From NCBI GenBank assembly GCA_964106645.2, contig OZ067043.1: a DNA stretch of 64,000 nt; one strand, 5' to 3'. A model generated the notes under the pieces. The model saw nothing but the letters and a program-made list of their open reading frames with translations, ran no database searches and had not been told where the DNA came from. The translations under genes and the position numbers were made by a program. Of the stretch, positions 24,301 to 35,639 are shown piece by piece. The stretch is from Podarcis pityusensis (Eukaryota). Each line of letters opens with the position of its first letter. Within the stretch, counting starts at the first letter, position 1.

Positions 24301-25403
24301 CGAAGGAGGATAACTGATTAGCATACAGCCCCACCCCCACTGTGCAATCATTCATCACAATGCATAATTTTAGTTTTAGCTGATTCAAGCACTATAACTC
24401 CTTCTCTCACACACTCTGCAATGGAAACATACTCTGTGAGTAAAGAGCATCACAGATGCAGGGTTTTTCTATATCTGCCAGAATCCTAAGTGTATTTCTG
24501 TTGGTAATTAAATATTTAATGATATTTAATTATTAAAGCATTTGTGTCTCACCCTTCAGGTGTACATGCACCACTCAGGGCAGCTAACAACAATGTAACA
24601 TCATGCTGCCTGTAAAATGGAAACATTTGCATTTGCACTCTGTCACCAGTGCCAAAGAATCTCCATACCTTACATGCTGCTGCTGCTGCTGCTACTACTG
24701 CAAACCGCTTGTTAAGCATTTGCTTGTTAAATGTGGATCTTGCTAGATGCAATTTGTATAGGAAAATTAGCTTAGATTTCATATTTTAGAAATTTAAATA
24801 TCTAATGTACAAAGGAAACTCTGAGAAAGAAAATATGGGACTAGCTAGACTTTATTTTACCTCATTATATATTTGCTGGGATGGAAAGGCAGCCGATGTA
24901 TGACCCACATATCAATGAGTTGTGCTTTTTTAAGATTTTTGTTGTCATTGCTTTGTGCAGAGAAAGAGAACTCTAAATGGTAAGTGGCAGAAATTCTGGA
25001 GAGATCGTTCACCACTATGGAGGTGCTAGAAGGTGACTGTAATTTTACCTCATATCTCTAACTTTTGGCTTGCTTTGTCTTTGGGACTATGTCTGGGGCT
25101 TGCCTTGGATGGAAGGCATTACTAGGGAAAGACCCTGTCCATTTTCTGTTTTAGAACTACAGGTCAGACTCAAACAGCTTCTTCTCAGGGTTTATGAAAT
25201 TTCAGCATGTTCAAATTTCACAAGCTGTTTGAGTAACACTGTGTGAATGACAGATAAAGTGTTAAATATATGGATTATAATCAAACATTTGTGCTTTCTG
25301 CCAACATCTTAAGAGCTTGTAGTAACTGGCACTAATCTCTGTTTAGTCATACTCTGCTAACTAGTTTGGTGAGTTCATCTATTTCTACTGAGAATTCTCT
25401 TAC

Positions 25404-25460
25404 CTGAGTGACTCTACCAAGATTTTCATCTATGTCCAACAACAGGCTTCCATTCTCCAG
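25404..25460 (-). CDS. DAB1: DAB1 alternative cassette exon in intron 9 (57 nt): LENGSLLLDIDENLGRVTQ; counterpart of the chicken Dab1-E 57-nt insert and mammalian 9b/9c
   Basis: Acceptor atgcattacag, donor CAG|gtaaga; phase 0-0, open frame; length and peptide resemble the 19-aa chicken insert as recalled; dense YCAY cluster upstream. Confidence 0.88.
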
Positions 25461-25540
25461 CTGTAATGCATGATTGATGAAAATGAAAGTGAATGATTTA
25501 TGAAAATGACATGTTCTGCTGAGCACAACAATGATGACTT
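25461..25540 (-). promoter_or_regulatory. NOVA-type YCAY cluster immediately upstream of the 57-nt cassette exon
   Basis: About 9 YCAY tetramers in about 80 nt (tcattttcataaatcattcactttcattttcatcaatcat...). Confidence 0.75.
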
Positions 25541-28500
25541 CAACAATTATTGATTTTACTTCTGAACAAGAGCTATTTTATAGTTTCCTGGTCAGATGCT
25601 TTTGCTTGCCTCAGTGATTATATACATACTATAAGTTTTCATGGTTATATCGTACAAAGAAACAGAACCCAGCGTGGGGAAGTGAAAATGAAGGGTTGGG
25701 AATATCCATTTAAGAAAAACCAGAGTTCTCAGTGGCTTCCCTTGAGTTCTCTGGGTTGTGTAAGTGGACTATAATATGGGACACTGAGGTAATGGGGAAG
25801 AGCACAGAAGTTCCCATACATAGGGGTCCCTAGGGTGAGGATGACTTCCATCTCTACTGTGTCCTACATATATTTCCTCATATATGAAAATGGTCAACAT
25901 TCACTCATAAGAGAAAAATAAATCCTTGCAGCTGAACACATTACAAGGGACAGAAACACCACCCATTGCCTATAGTTATAGGGATGCCATGGGAACCACA
26001 CCAACCATTGGATTTCACCATTATTTTCTCTGAGCAAAATCACTTCTCTATCAGGGAAGGAAAAATAGTTCCAGAAGTTCCAGAATGAATCAGAATGTCC
26101 CTTCAAAATGAACCAGCCAGCCCTGTTGTATTTTCTGAATCTGGAGAAAAGCCCTACAACAAACTTCCACAATCTGGTGCCCTCCCAGTGTTTTGAACAG
26201 CAACTTCCACCATCCCTAGTCATTGGCCAAATCCTAGAGAAGAGACTTCCTGGTTTATTTTTAAGATGTTCTGGGGTGTCCCAGGGCTTTCATGAATGTA
26301 GATTTTTCTCACAACTTTAGCTTCCCTCGTAGGCTAACAATACTGAAAGGCAGGAAGAGGCTCATATCTTTCAAAGCAATTACTTTGAATTGTGGCTTCA
26401 CATTTTGCTTAATAACTCATTCTAATGGGGCTAGAGATTTACTTTAAAAAATAATAATGCCAGGGTCCCCTTGTTGGTTGTGAGCCCAGTACAGATAGCC
26501 CCTGAACCCCACCTCCCATCTCAATTTGTGCATCATTTGTGCATCTATAAGCTATCAGTTGACCCAATGCACCAATTAGGATTAATTTTCCTTTTGTTCT
26601 CCTGCCAGCAGGAGAATATGTAGTCACTACTTATGGACTCGCTTTAAGAAAGGCCTACAAAGGTTAACCAGCACATGATTTCAGAGAAGCATGAAGGCAG
26701 AGATGCAGTAATAGATTACTTTGCTACAAGTCATGTATGTTTTCAGAATCTAAAACAAATTATCTTTTTTCTCGGGACAGGATTATCTTGTTTCTCCTCC
26801 TCCTGAGCAGCACTCCAGCTGTCCTAAAAATTCTTCACTGCTGTCACGCTGAGTCATGCTGTGCCCTCAGCTGCCTTGCTGAACCAACACTGATTGCTCT
26901 TATGAAGCTGTCTGGAGAAACAGCAACAGCGTAATACTGGAGAAACATGTGTGCGGCGTTCAACAGACCATTAGCAACAACCTGATTGTGCTATGGCAGG
27001 ACCTCCCAGAAAATAGTTGCCTGCCATGTCACTGCATGTCCCAAGTGCCCAATTATCATGGAGCACTTGGGCTGTATCCTCCATCAGTTCTTGTTCTGCA
27101 TCACTTGCCGCTGAGGAGATGCTTCCTAAGGGTGAGCCATTAGTGTCTATTAGACCGTGGAAAAGTCTTCAGCGGAGACTTCACAGGAGAACACTGCTCT
27201 AACTGGGGGCAAATATTTGGCACCGTTTGTCTGTCTTTCCTTAGACGTTTCAATACAAAAGGTTTCTCCAATTAGAGCAAACCCTCCTGCACCCCCCACC
27301 TGCTTCTTCCTAGCGAGCTGCAGAAACAACCGGCAGCATAGCAAGACGTTAGATTGCTTGATCTTTCTGTATAATTGCAGCCTTTGTGGATTTCTCTCTG
27401 TGTGTTAAAATGTAAAGGCTGCTTCTAATTACTTGAAAATCTGTCTCATCACAGATCAAAACATACACACACATACCCCACAGCTCAGTCAGTGAAGAAC
27501 ACACAAGCAAGTTGCCTGAAGGGGTAGGGGGAATAGCAAAAACCCTCCTCCCAGGAAGGTATTTAAGCCTTTCAACAACTGTTGTATCTCCTCCTGTCGG
27601 CATACAGAAAGAGAGGTTGCCAATGTTTCAACCTGATGTTTAAATGAAAAGGCACCTGTTTGGGTTTTGTAAGCCTCTCCATTGCCACGGCATTTGTCAC
27701 TTGGTGGAAGGGAACAGACAAAATCATATTTGTTTTTTAAAATAAAAATTTGTAGGAGGGTAGTGAAACAACAGGATACAATGTAGAGTCTACCTGAGCT
27801 ATGTTCATTGAGAAACAGACACACACAGAGAAAGGAGTGGGGGGAGGAAGAGGTGAGGTTGTATCCCATGCTAATCCTACTCATCTAATAGACCAGCTGA
27901 AGTTAATGGATACAACTAACTTAAGTTCATTAAGTTCAATGGGTCTAAGTAGGGCTAGCATTAGATAAAATCCTGGGTCTTGGATTCTTCACCTTCATAT
28001 TTGACAGACAAAGCAAACAGTTTAGGCAATTGGTACATTTCAAGTCCAAATAGCCATTCTCTTTTTTAATTCCTCCTGCTGCTAATCTGGTGCTTGTTTT
28101 TCCATGATATTCTATCATGTTTGTGCCTTATTTTACAATCTACCTTTTGAGCATGTCTCAGTCTAACGGAGCTTGTATAGAATTGATTTCTAATGAATTT
28201 TGCCCAATATATTTAGGTCTGCAAACCTCTTAGGAATGTATTCTCAGGAATCATTTATTCCTGGCATTAAGTCTCCTTTGTGCACCCACTGTTAATATTA
28301 GCAAATGCTCTGTGGGAGGCATCCAAGCCTTAGAATAGTTTATTAAGCAATTAATGAAGTTTTTAATTCTTAAAATCTTTGCAGCAGGAAACGTTTGAGC
28401 AAATCATAAAAAATATCACTGTCTTGACCTAATGGATAGAGATGCTGCTTCAAAAATCTAATAAAGTAGTTAATTGCTTTGTCTCTCATCTCCATAATGC

Positions 28501-28654
28501 ATTATTAAAAAGCCTTCTCAAAACTGACACATCTCAAAAATGCAAGCTCTGGAAGCTGAGAACAAGGCTGTCTAGTTTCTATTGTAAATCATTCCTGAGC
28601 TGCCAGGGGACTCCCACATTGGGGTGTGTGTGTTTGATTTGAAACTGCCTGAAG

Positions 28655-29450
28655 AAGTGCTCTGCTGGCTTAGGCCAGTGGTTCATTAAGTCCAGCATTG
28701 TCTTCTCACAGCTTCTTACTAGATGCCTAGGAGAAGCCCACAAGCAGGACATGAGACAACAGCATTCCCAGCAACTAATATCCAGAGGTATACTCCCCTC
28801 AACAATGGATGTGGAACACAGCCAGTAGCCTTATTTTCCAATAATTTGTCTAATCCTTTTTTAAGCCATTGAATTTTGGTGGCTATGCACTGCATGAAGA
28901 AATACTTTCTCTTGTCTGTTCCGAATCTTCCAACATTTAGCTTCATTAGTTGACCCTGGGTTCTAATATTATGACAGAGAAAATTTTCTCCAGCCACTGT
29001 CTTCACACAATGCACAATTTTCTACACCTCTATCTTGTTTTCCCCTTACCTTTTCTCTAAACTAAATAGCCCCAAATGTTGTGAGGCTTTTGAAAGTACA
29101 AGTACACTGTGACTACTGTACTGGATCTCCCCTATCCATATGCTTAGTGGCACTCTCAACAAATCCTAAAAGGATAGTTAGACTTGCAGAAGCCATGCTG
29201 GTTGTTCTTCAGCAAGGCTTCATCGGCTTGCTTGGTAATTCTAGCATTAACAATGCTTTCCACCAGCTTTCCTGAAACAGACGTTAATCTAACCAGATTG
29301 TAATTGCCCAGAAAACCCCATCGCCACCTGACCTCTTTGTAAAAATTGGTCTTACATTGGCTACTTTCTCCAGGAAAGATGAGCTTAGGGACAAATTGCA
29401 CTTTTTTCCTTTTCTTCATTGAAGGTCAGCAATTTCACATTCAAGTGAAA
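28655..29450 (-). mobile_element. Decayed CR1 LINE fragment (RT region plus 3' end, with internal deletions)
   Basis: Minus-strand peptides NYNLVRLTSVSGKLVESIV...LLKNNQHGFCK and RTQGQLMKLNVGRFGTDKRKYFF...LKKGLDKLLE are typical of CR1 ORF2. Confidence 0.88.
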
Positions 29451-30835
29451 TTAGTCTTGGGTGTCCTCTGGACCCAATTTCATTATATATTGTAAATATT
29501 ACTTTTTAATTTTTGTTTAGAATATTTAAGATTTTTTATGGCTTAACCTTTGCTTGTGTTAATGGCTAAACCCAAACAGTATCACTATGCTTTGTTTCAA
29601 GGCCCACAAAGTAGGAACTGAATCCATAGTTTGGAGCTGGTTTATGAATCTTGGCTTGCTTTAACCACAGTTTGTTGTTACTTCTGAACATAGGTTGGTG
29701 AGGACTGCTTAGAAAGTTCTCATTAGTGCAGTGATTGTTATGAGTGAAGCGTGTTATCTTCTTCTTAGTTTCCTTTGTATTCCTCACACAGTTTTCAAAT
29801 TCATCACTTCCAGATGAATGTCTAGGTTAGGTCAGCTAGCCACTGCTAATTATTTTCAAATTGTAGCTTAATGTATTTATAAGCAAGTGTTCGCATTAAA
29901 ATCTTTCGACGTTGAACACAATTCATTCAAGGAACATTAAGCATTCCACCTCACTTGTTGACTAGCTTCAAAAGAAGAACTTCCTCAGATAATCAAAATG
30001 TGTATTGAGCCATTTAAGTTTATTTTACTCAACTTGATTTTTGTAGTCAAGTTAATTCAAAACTCCTCTGTGAGTTTATTTATTTATTTACTCCTTTATT
30101 TACCTTTAAATAGGAATCTCATTAAATAGTATGATTTACAACAACACAACAAACACCCAGAAATCTTTGTAATGTCTTTCCTGACTTAATTCCCTAAGGC
30201 TGTTTGACTCATCTAGGCATTTATGTGCACCTCATGAAATGCTACCTTATCATAATTTTATATAACTTATTTGTTTTTTTAAATAAAAGTGACTATAGGA
30301 TTGTTAGGCTACAGTCCTACCATTATAAATTTTAGCAGCACTTAGGCATGGCATAACTTTTGACTTGGTTGTAGCCAATTTATCTGTATTTGGCCCGATA
30401 ATGTGAGTGAATAAGGTAGCAAGCTTATTTAAATGGGTAAAATACAAATGCAGGCTAAGCTACAAGGTAAGGTGGGGATAATACTCCGAAATCAACGGAA
30501 AACATGTTAAAATGCAGGCATTTTAGAGGAAACACTCTGGTTTTTATGAAAGGTATTTGGAAATAAGCAAGAACAAACTTCCAGGCTGCAAGCCTATAGT
30601 CCCTTGGGGGATGCCCAAGGAATATAGGATTTGTCAGATCTTCCTTTCCAATGGTGGAAACACCCTCTGTATTGTGGAAAGGCATCTGCAGCCAGTGCCC
30701 TTCCAATGTTGGAGGTGTGTCATGAGATGCTTCAGAATCCTCACAATTCTGTCACATCTTTAAAACAGGAAATATAGTAGCATAGCATAGGAAAAACACA
30801 TCTCTTCCTTCTTCTGCCTTGCTGGAATAAGCCCA

Positions 30836-30838
30836 GCA

Positions 30839-30883
<45 letters not shown>
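30836..30883. repeat. (CG)n(CA)n microsatellite
   Basis: gcatgcgcgcgcgcacaca...cac. Confidence 0.97.
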
Positions 30884-30885
<2 letters not shown>

Positions 30886-31149
30886 CTTTGCCTACCCTTT
30901 ATACCACCTTTAGTCAAGAGGTGGCCTGCTTAAGCATGATACTTGATTCTTGACCCCTAGTTCTATGAATCTCATTACACAGAACTTTATGCAAATATGA
31001 AAAAACTCAAATCCAAAACAAAAGAGTAATGCTTCCTGTAAATGTTCACAGTTATATGGTATTGTTAATTATCTGTTTAGAGAGTTCAAGAATGGAAGCT
31101 TGTTTTTTCCTCCTCCTAGAAACAGCTCCTTGGTTAATGAGAAAGGGTA

Positions 31150-31522
31150 AGGTAAAGGTAAAGGTAAAGGTACCCCTGCCCGTACGGGCCAGTCGTGTCC
31201 AACTCTAGGGTTGTGCGCCCATCTCACTTAAGAGGCCGGGGGCCAGTGCTGTCCGAAGACACTTCCGGGTCACATGGCCAGCGTGACGAAGCTGCTCTGG
31301 CGAGCCAGCACCAGCGCAGCACACGGAAACGGCGTTTACCTTCCCGCTATAAAGCGGTACCTATTTATCTACTTGCACTTAGGGGTGCTTTTGAACTGCT
31401 AGGTGGGCAGGAGCTGGGACCGAAAGACGGGAGCTCACCCCGCCGTGGGGATTCGAACCGCTGACCATGCGATCGGCAAGTCCTAGGTGCTGAGGTTTTA
31501 CCCACAGTGCCACCCGCGTCCC
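31150..31522 (-). mobile_element. Full-length Sauria SINE (subfamily B) with 16-bp TSD
   Basis: Begins gggacgcgggtggc on the minus strand and ends in an (accttt)n tail; TSD ttaatgagaaagggta at 31134-31149 and 31523-31538. Confidence 0.96.
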
Positions 31523-32529
31523 TTAATGAGAAAGGGTAGTCATACTGCAAATACATAGATATAAATATGCAAGCATAGACACGCCTCTTACAAGGTTTAG
31601 CCACATGATTCATGTCCATGAGAGCAGACACAGCATGTTTGCCAGTATAATTTATATTCATCATGGACTAGTAGACCCCAGGATTTATGTTATGGAGAAT
31701 GAATATGTCCTCTCACTTTACAGGTTGCACCCACAGTAAAACTTGCCCTTCTTTGGTAATGCTGCTGGGAATGATCCATTTTTGTTTTGCAAGACCTTAG
31801 AAGTTGATGAGAGAGGGAGCAGGGAACCCTTTGCCCATTTACCTAAGGTGGGATTTGATGAGAGAGGGGGCCAGTGAATGTGGGTTGGGTCACTGGTGCC
31901 TGAGGTAAGGAGAAAATATTGAGGAATAAGACAATTGTGCTGCTTTCAGACACTTTACTGAGGTGAAATAATTAATTATCACCATCATTATCACCATCAT
32001 TATCTTTCTCTTTTGTTTACCTTCTGCTAGATGCCCTGGAGCAGAGTCATTTCTATAGGTTAATAGAGATTCCTCCTGAGTTTCCACTATGAGGTACGGT
32101 AAATAACTGCAGCTTCCTCAGGTACAGACTGGAAGGAGTCTAGACATTTTACTAATAAAAGTAATATTTTTGCTCAACTTTGATATGACCTGACTAGCAT
32201 AACTGCAGTCTTTTGCTATGCCACTACAAAAATCAACAGATCTAGGTCATTTGAGCTCCTTCCAGTGCCATATTTTTTTCCTGAGCAATGCTAGCATGGG
32301 AACAAGTCATGCCATGGCCTCCTCCATGTGGCCAACATCTTTTGTGGCATCAAAGCTAACATCAAAAGAGGTGCTTCCAATCTATCCAATAATGTAAGGG
32401 GGGGGGGACTTCAACTATTTTGTTTGAAAGCATTAAAATTTAAAAACGATTCCCGAAGCATTTCCTCCGGGTTTCTATAGACTGTTCATTACAGGAATCA
32501 ACTTGATTACAGTACTTATTTTCCCATTA

Positions 32530-32930
32530 TAGTGGCATGATCCAAAATCCCACATGCAGAACCTTTCCATCCTCATCAATGAAAGAAACAAAAAACAAAA
32601 CAACCAAGTCTCTGTGCATATGGTGATTGTCATGGTGCATGTAGATCGTTTCTGTAGTCAAGGAAAATTTTCCATGCACAAACTGAGATCTCCATGTACA
32701 TTGCATTTGCTCCATCACATCCCAAATCTGTATATGTTGTGTAGTCTGGGGTAAAATTGTTGTGTAATCTATTAACACATTTTCAATGGGTAAGTTAAAC
32801 ATTTTTTTGTTGTGGACTTCCTCAAATATTTGAGAAGATATAAGTAAGATAAAAGGGGACTGTAACCATTCAATGGTTACATTCAAGTGGATGACCATTC
32901 AAATGGATCATCTTGTCAAACCTAACCAAA
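32530..32930 (-). mobile_element. Very old L1/Tx1-like ORF2 C-terminal remnant
   Basis: Minus-strand translation FVHGKFSLTTE...DEDGKVLHVGFWIMP loosely follows the L1-clade KxxHxxYLTP...GxxxHxFWxCP pattern. Confidence 0.35.
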
Positions 32931-35286
32931 GAGTGCAATTACATTAGAACACACTATCTGTCAGTGAGTCTTATGCAGAGAACCATGTGTCCTTTGGGAC
33001 AGCAAATAATATGTAGGTTGGGTTCTCACCAACAACTGCTCCCATCCACCCACATTACACAGACAGGCTTCTCTGATCTACAGCTTTCATTGGTGGCAGA
33101 AACAATAGGTGCCATTTAATAGGAAGTTCTCCAGCAAAATCACCACTGAATAGGAATGATTCAAGACCAGAACAACACACTTACATACAAGTAAATTTGC
33201 ATGGGAGAACCTCATGATAGGATGTGGCAATCATATACGTGGCAGATCCCAGTTCTAGGACATACCTATATAACTACTATATTCATATCTGGTGATCTAA
33301 AAATTTAATTTTAAAGGCAGCTAGAATTTGTATCTGGCAAATTAGCTCAAGTTCAGAAGAAGCTAACAGCTTGCAGATTTTTTTTTTTTCCAATTTTCAG
33401 AAAGAAAGAAAGAAAATATTCTAAAGAGCTGGAGTTAAAACAAGCAGAATACCACTTTGAGATTCAGAAATGCCATATTCAAATTGAGAGGATGTATTAC
33501 ATTTTTATGAAACACTGGCATAACATTTTCCTCACATTTAGGATTTTGCCAGACCTTGTTATCTTATGCTTTTTCAGGATAAAATAAAGGGGAATACTCT
33601 ATTTAATTCTTTAGACTTAACTTAATAAGAATGCATTTTATCTTGCATTAAAATGACAAATGTTTCCCTAAACAGGCAGGAAAACTCTTTTTCAAAACCT
33701 GTAATAGTTTGCAACTCACAAGAACAAGAGAGGCTATTTAAGAAAGTACCATTGTTCTCTACTGAAGAGCTGAAGGTATAAAATTTCTGAGTGAACATGC
33801 TTGGTGGGATGGGAAATCATGTGAATTATAGCTAAACACATTGATTTAAAAAAAAAAGGAAAAAAGGAAGAAAGAAAAGGCTCTCGGTAATGTTTTTTTT
33901 TCTAGAACCCCCTCAACAAAAGGAGACAAAAACTATTCCATCAGTGTCGGGCCAATATGTGAAGGTAGTAATAGGCTCTCCCCACTCTCTGTGATATCAG
34001 CAATGTTTCAGGCCATGTGCAGACAGTGGGAGCAATGTTTGCTTCTCTGTAATGCGGCATCTGTTAGTTTTAAAGGAGTTTATGCACACAGCAGTACACG
34101 GTTTTCCAAGTGGGAAATGAATACTTGCTCTGCTACAGATGCTCTGCATCACATCCCTACACCTCTATTTGCAAGATGCTTTTGAGCTAGCTATTTGAGA
34201 TGGCTAGAAAGAACCCTTCATCACTTTTCTGGTGGTATGGGAACTGGTGGAAACAAATTAGCATAAAAAACAAACTGTACATTTTCAAGGAGAATTTTGA
34301 TAAAGTTACAACTTTTATTATGTTTTTTGAATATTAATAGAGGAAAGATGCTTGCTTTCAGAGACAGGTGCAGATGCTCTATGAATTAGAGGCAGGAGCA
34401 GTAATTTGAGAATAAAATGAATTAATTTAAAGAGAATAATGAAACAGTAACAGACATAATATTCTTAATTTAAAATGTCAGAAAAAGTCTTACTGACAAA
34501 GTGTCTTTTTTCAATTATGTTTTTTCCCCTGGTCTGGGGGCCTCTTCTTTTTGACTTCTTGCTAGTGGTAGTGTTGCACTACTCAGCAATTGCAACATAG
34601 CTGGGATTTTGCAGTACCTTTGTTTTCTCCCTTGGTGTAAAAGCAGGCTTCCCTGGATTGTTATATGATGTTTGGACATGTGCCCTCTTCACACACCCCA
34701 AATTGGTGAGGATTAGAGGACAGGAATTCACTCATAACCAGGAGAGGAATTATTGGTGGATCATTCCAATAGGAAACATTACACTAATCAGTAATATAAT
34801 TGCTCCAGGAGATGTGACTATGCATCTTGATAATTTATGTCAACATTTTTCATTTTTTAGTTTGCAGTATTGTGGCATTTGTAGCCTTGATATTCCTGCA
34901 CTTTGCAAAAGTATCAAGTGAGGGAGAAGGATTTATTGTTGAAACACACCGACAGCATATTGATGTCCCAAGCAGAAAGTTAAAGAGAATTTGCACATCA
35001 CAATAAACACAGGACAGCAGTGATGAGTTCTCCTGTTCTGAAACATGCATTCAGATTTACCCTATGCACCAATGTATTCATGCTATATTTGTCCCTACCC
35101 CAATCTACACTATTTGTTCTTATTGGTAAGATAGAAATGTGAAGACAAAGGTAATTTTTGCTTTGAAGGAGCAAAACTTGAAAATCAAAACTTATTGTGA
35201 CCTAGAAATTAAGTGAAGGAACATATTATGTAAGAAATATTAATGTTTCCAGTGCAATTTCTATAGCTGAGAAGTATTTCATTCAT

Positions 35287-35639
35287 GGGACGCGGGTGGC
35301 GCTGTGGGTAAAACCTCAGCGCCTAGGGCTTGCTGATCGCATGGTCGGTGGTTCGAATCCCCGCGGTGGGGTGCGCTCCCATCGTTCGGTCCCAGCACCT
35401 GCCAACCTAGCAGTTCGAAAGTACCTCTGGGTGCAAGTAGATAAATAGGGACCGCTTACCAGCGGGAAGGTAAACGGCGTTCCGTGTGCTGCGCTGGCTC
35501 GCCAGATGCAGCTTGTCACGCTGGCCACGTGACCCGGAAGTGTCTGCGGACAGCGCTGGCTCCCGGCCTATAGAGATGAGCGCACAACCCTAGAGTCCGG
35601 CAAGACTGGCCCGAATGGGCAGGGGGTACCTTTACCTTT
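35287..35639 (+). mobile_element. Full-length Sauria SINE (subfamily B) with 12-bp TSD
   Basis: Starts gggacgcgggtggcgctgtggg, has B box and tail acctttaccttt; TSD tatttcattcat at 35275-35286 and 35640-35651. Confidence 0.96.

Noticed and set aside
32021-32086. 66-nt AG/GT-bounded segment (ETQEESLLTYRNDSAPGHLAE)
   Set aside because: Open only in phase 1 while intron 9 is phase 0; poor pyrimidine tract
35287-35365. tRNA gene (A/B boxes, GGTTCGAATCCC)
   Set aside because: It is the tRNA-derived head of a SINE; no cloverleaf
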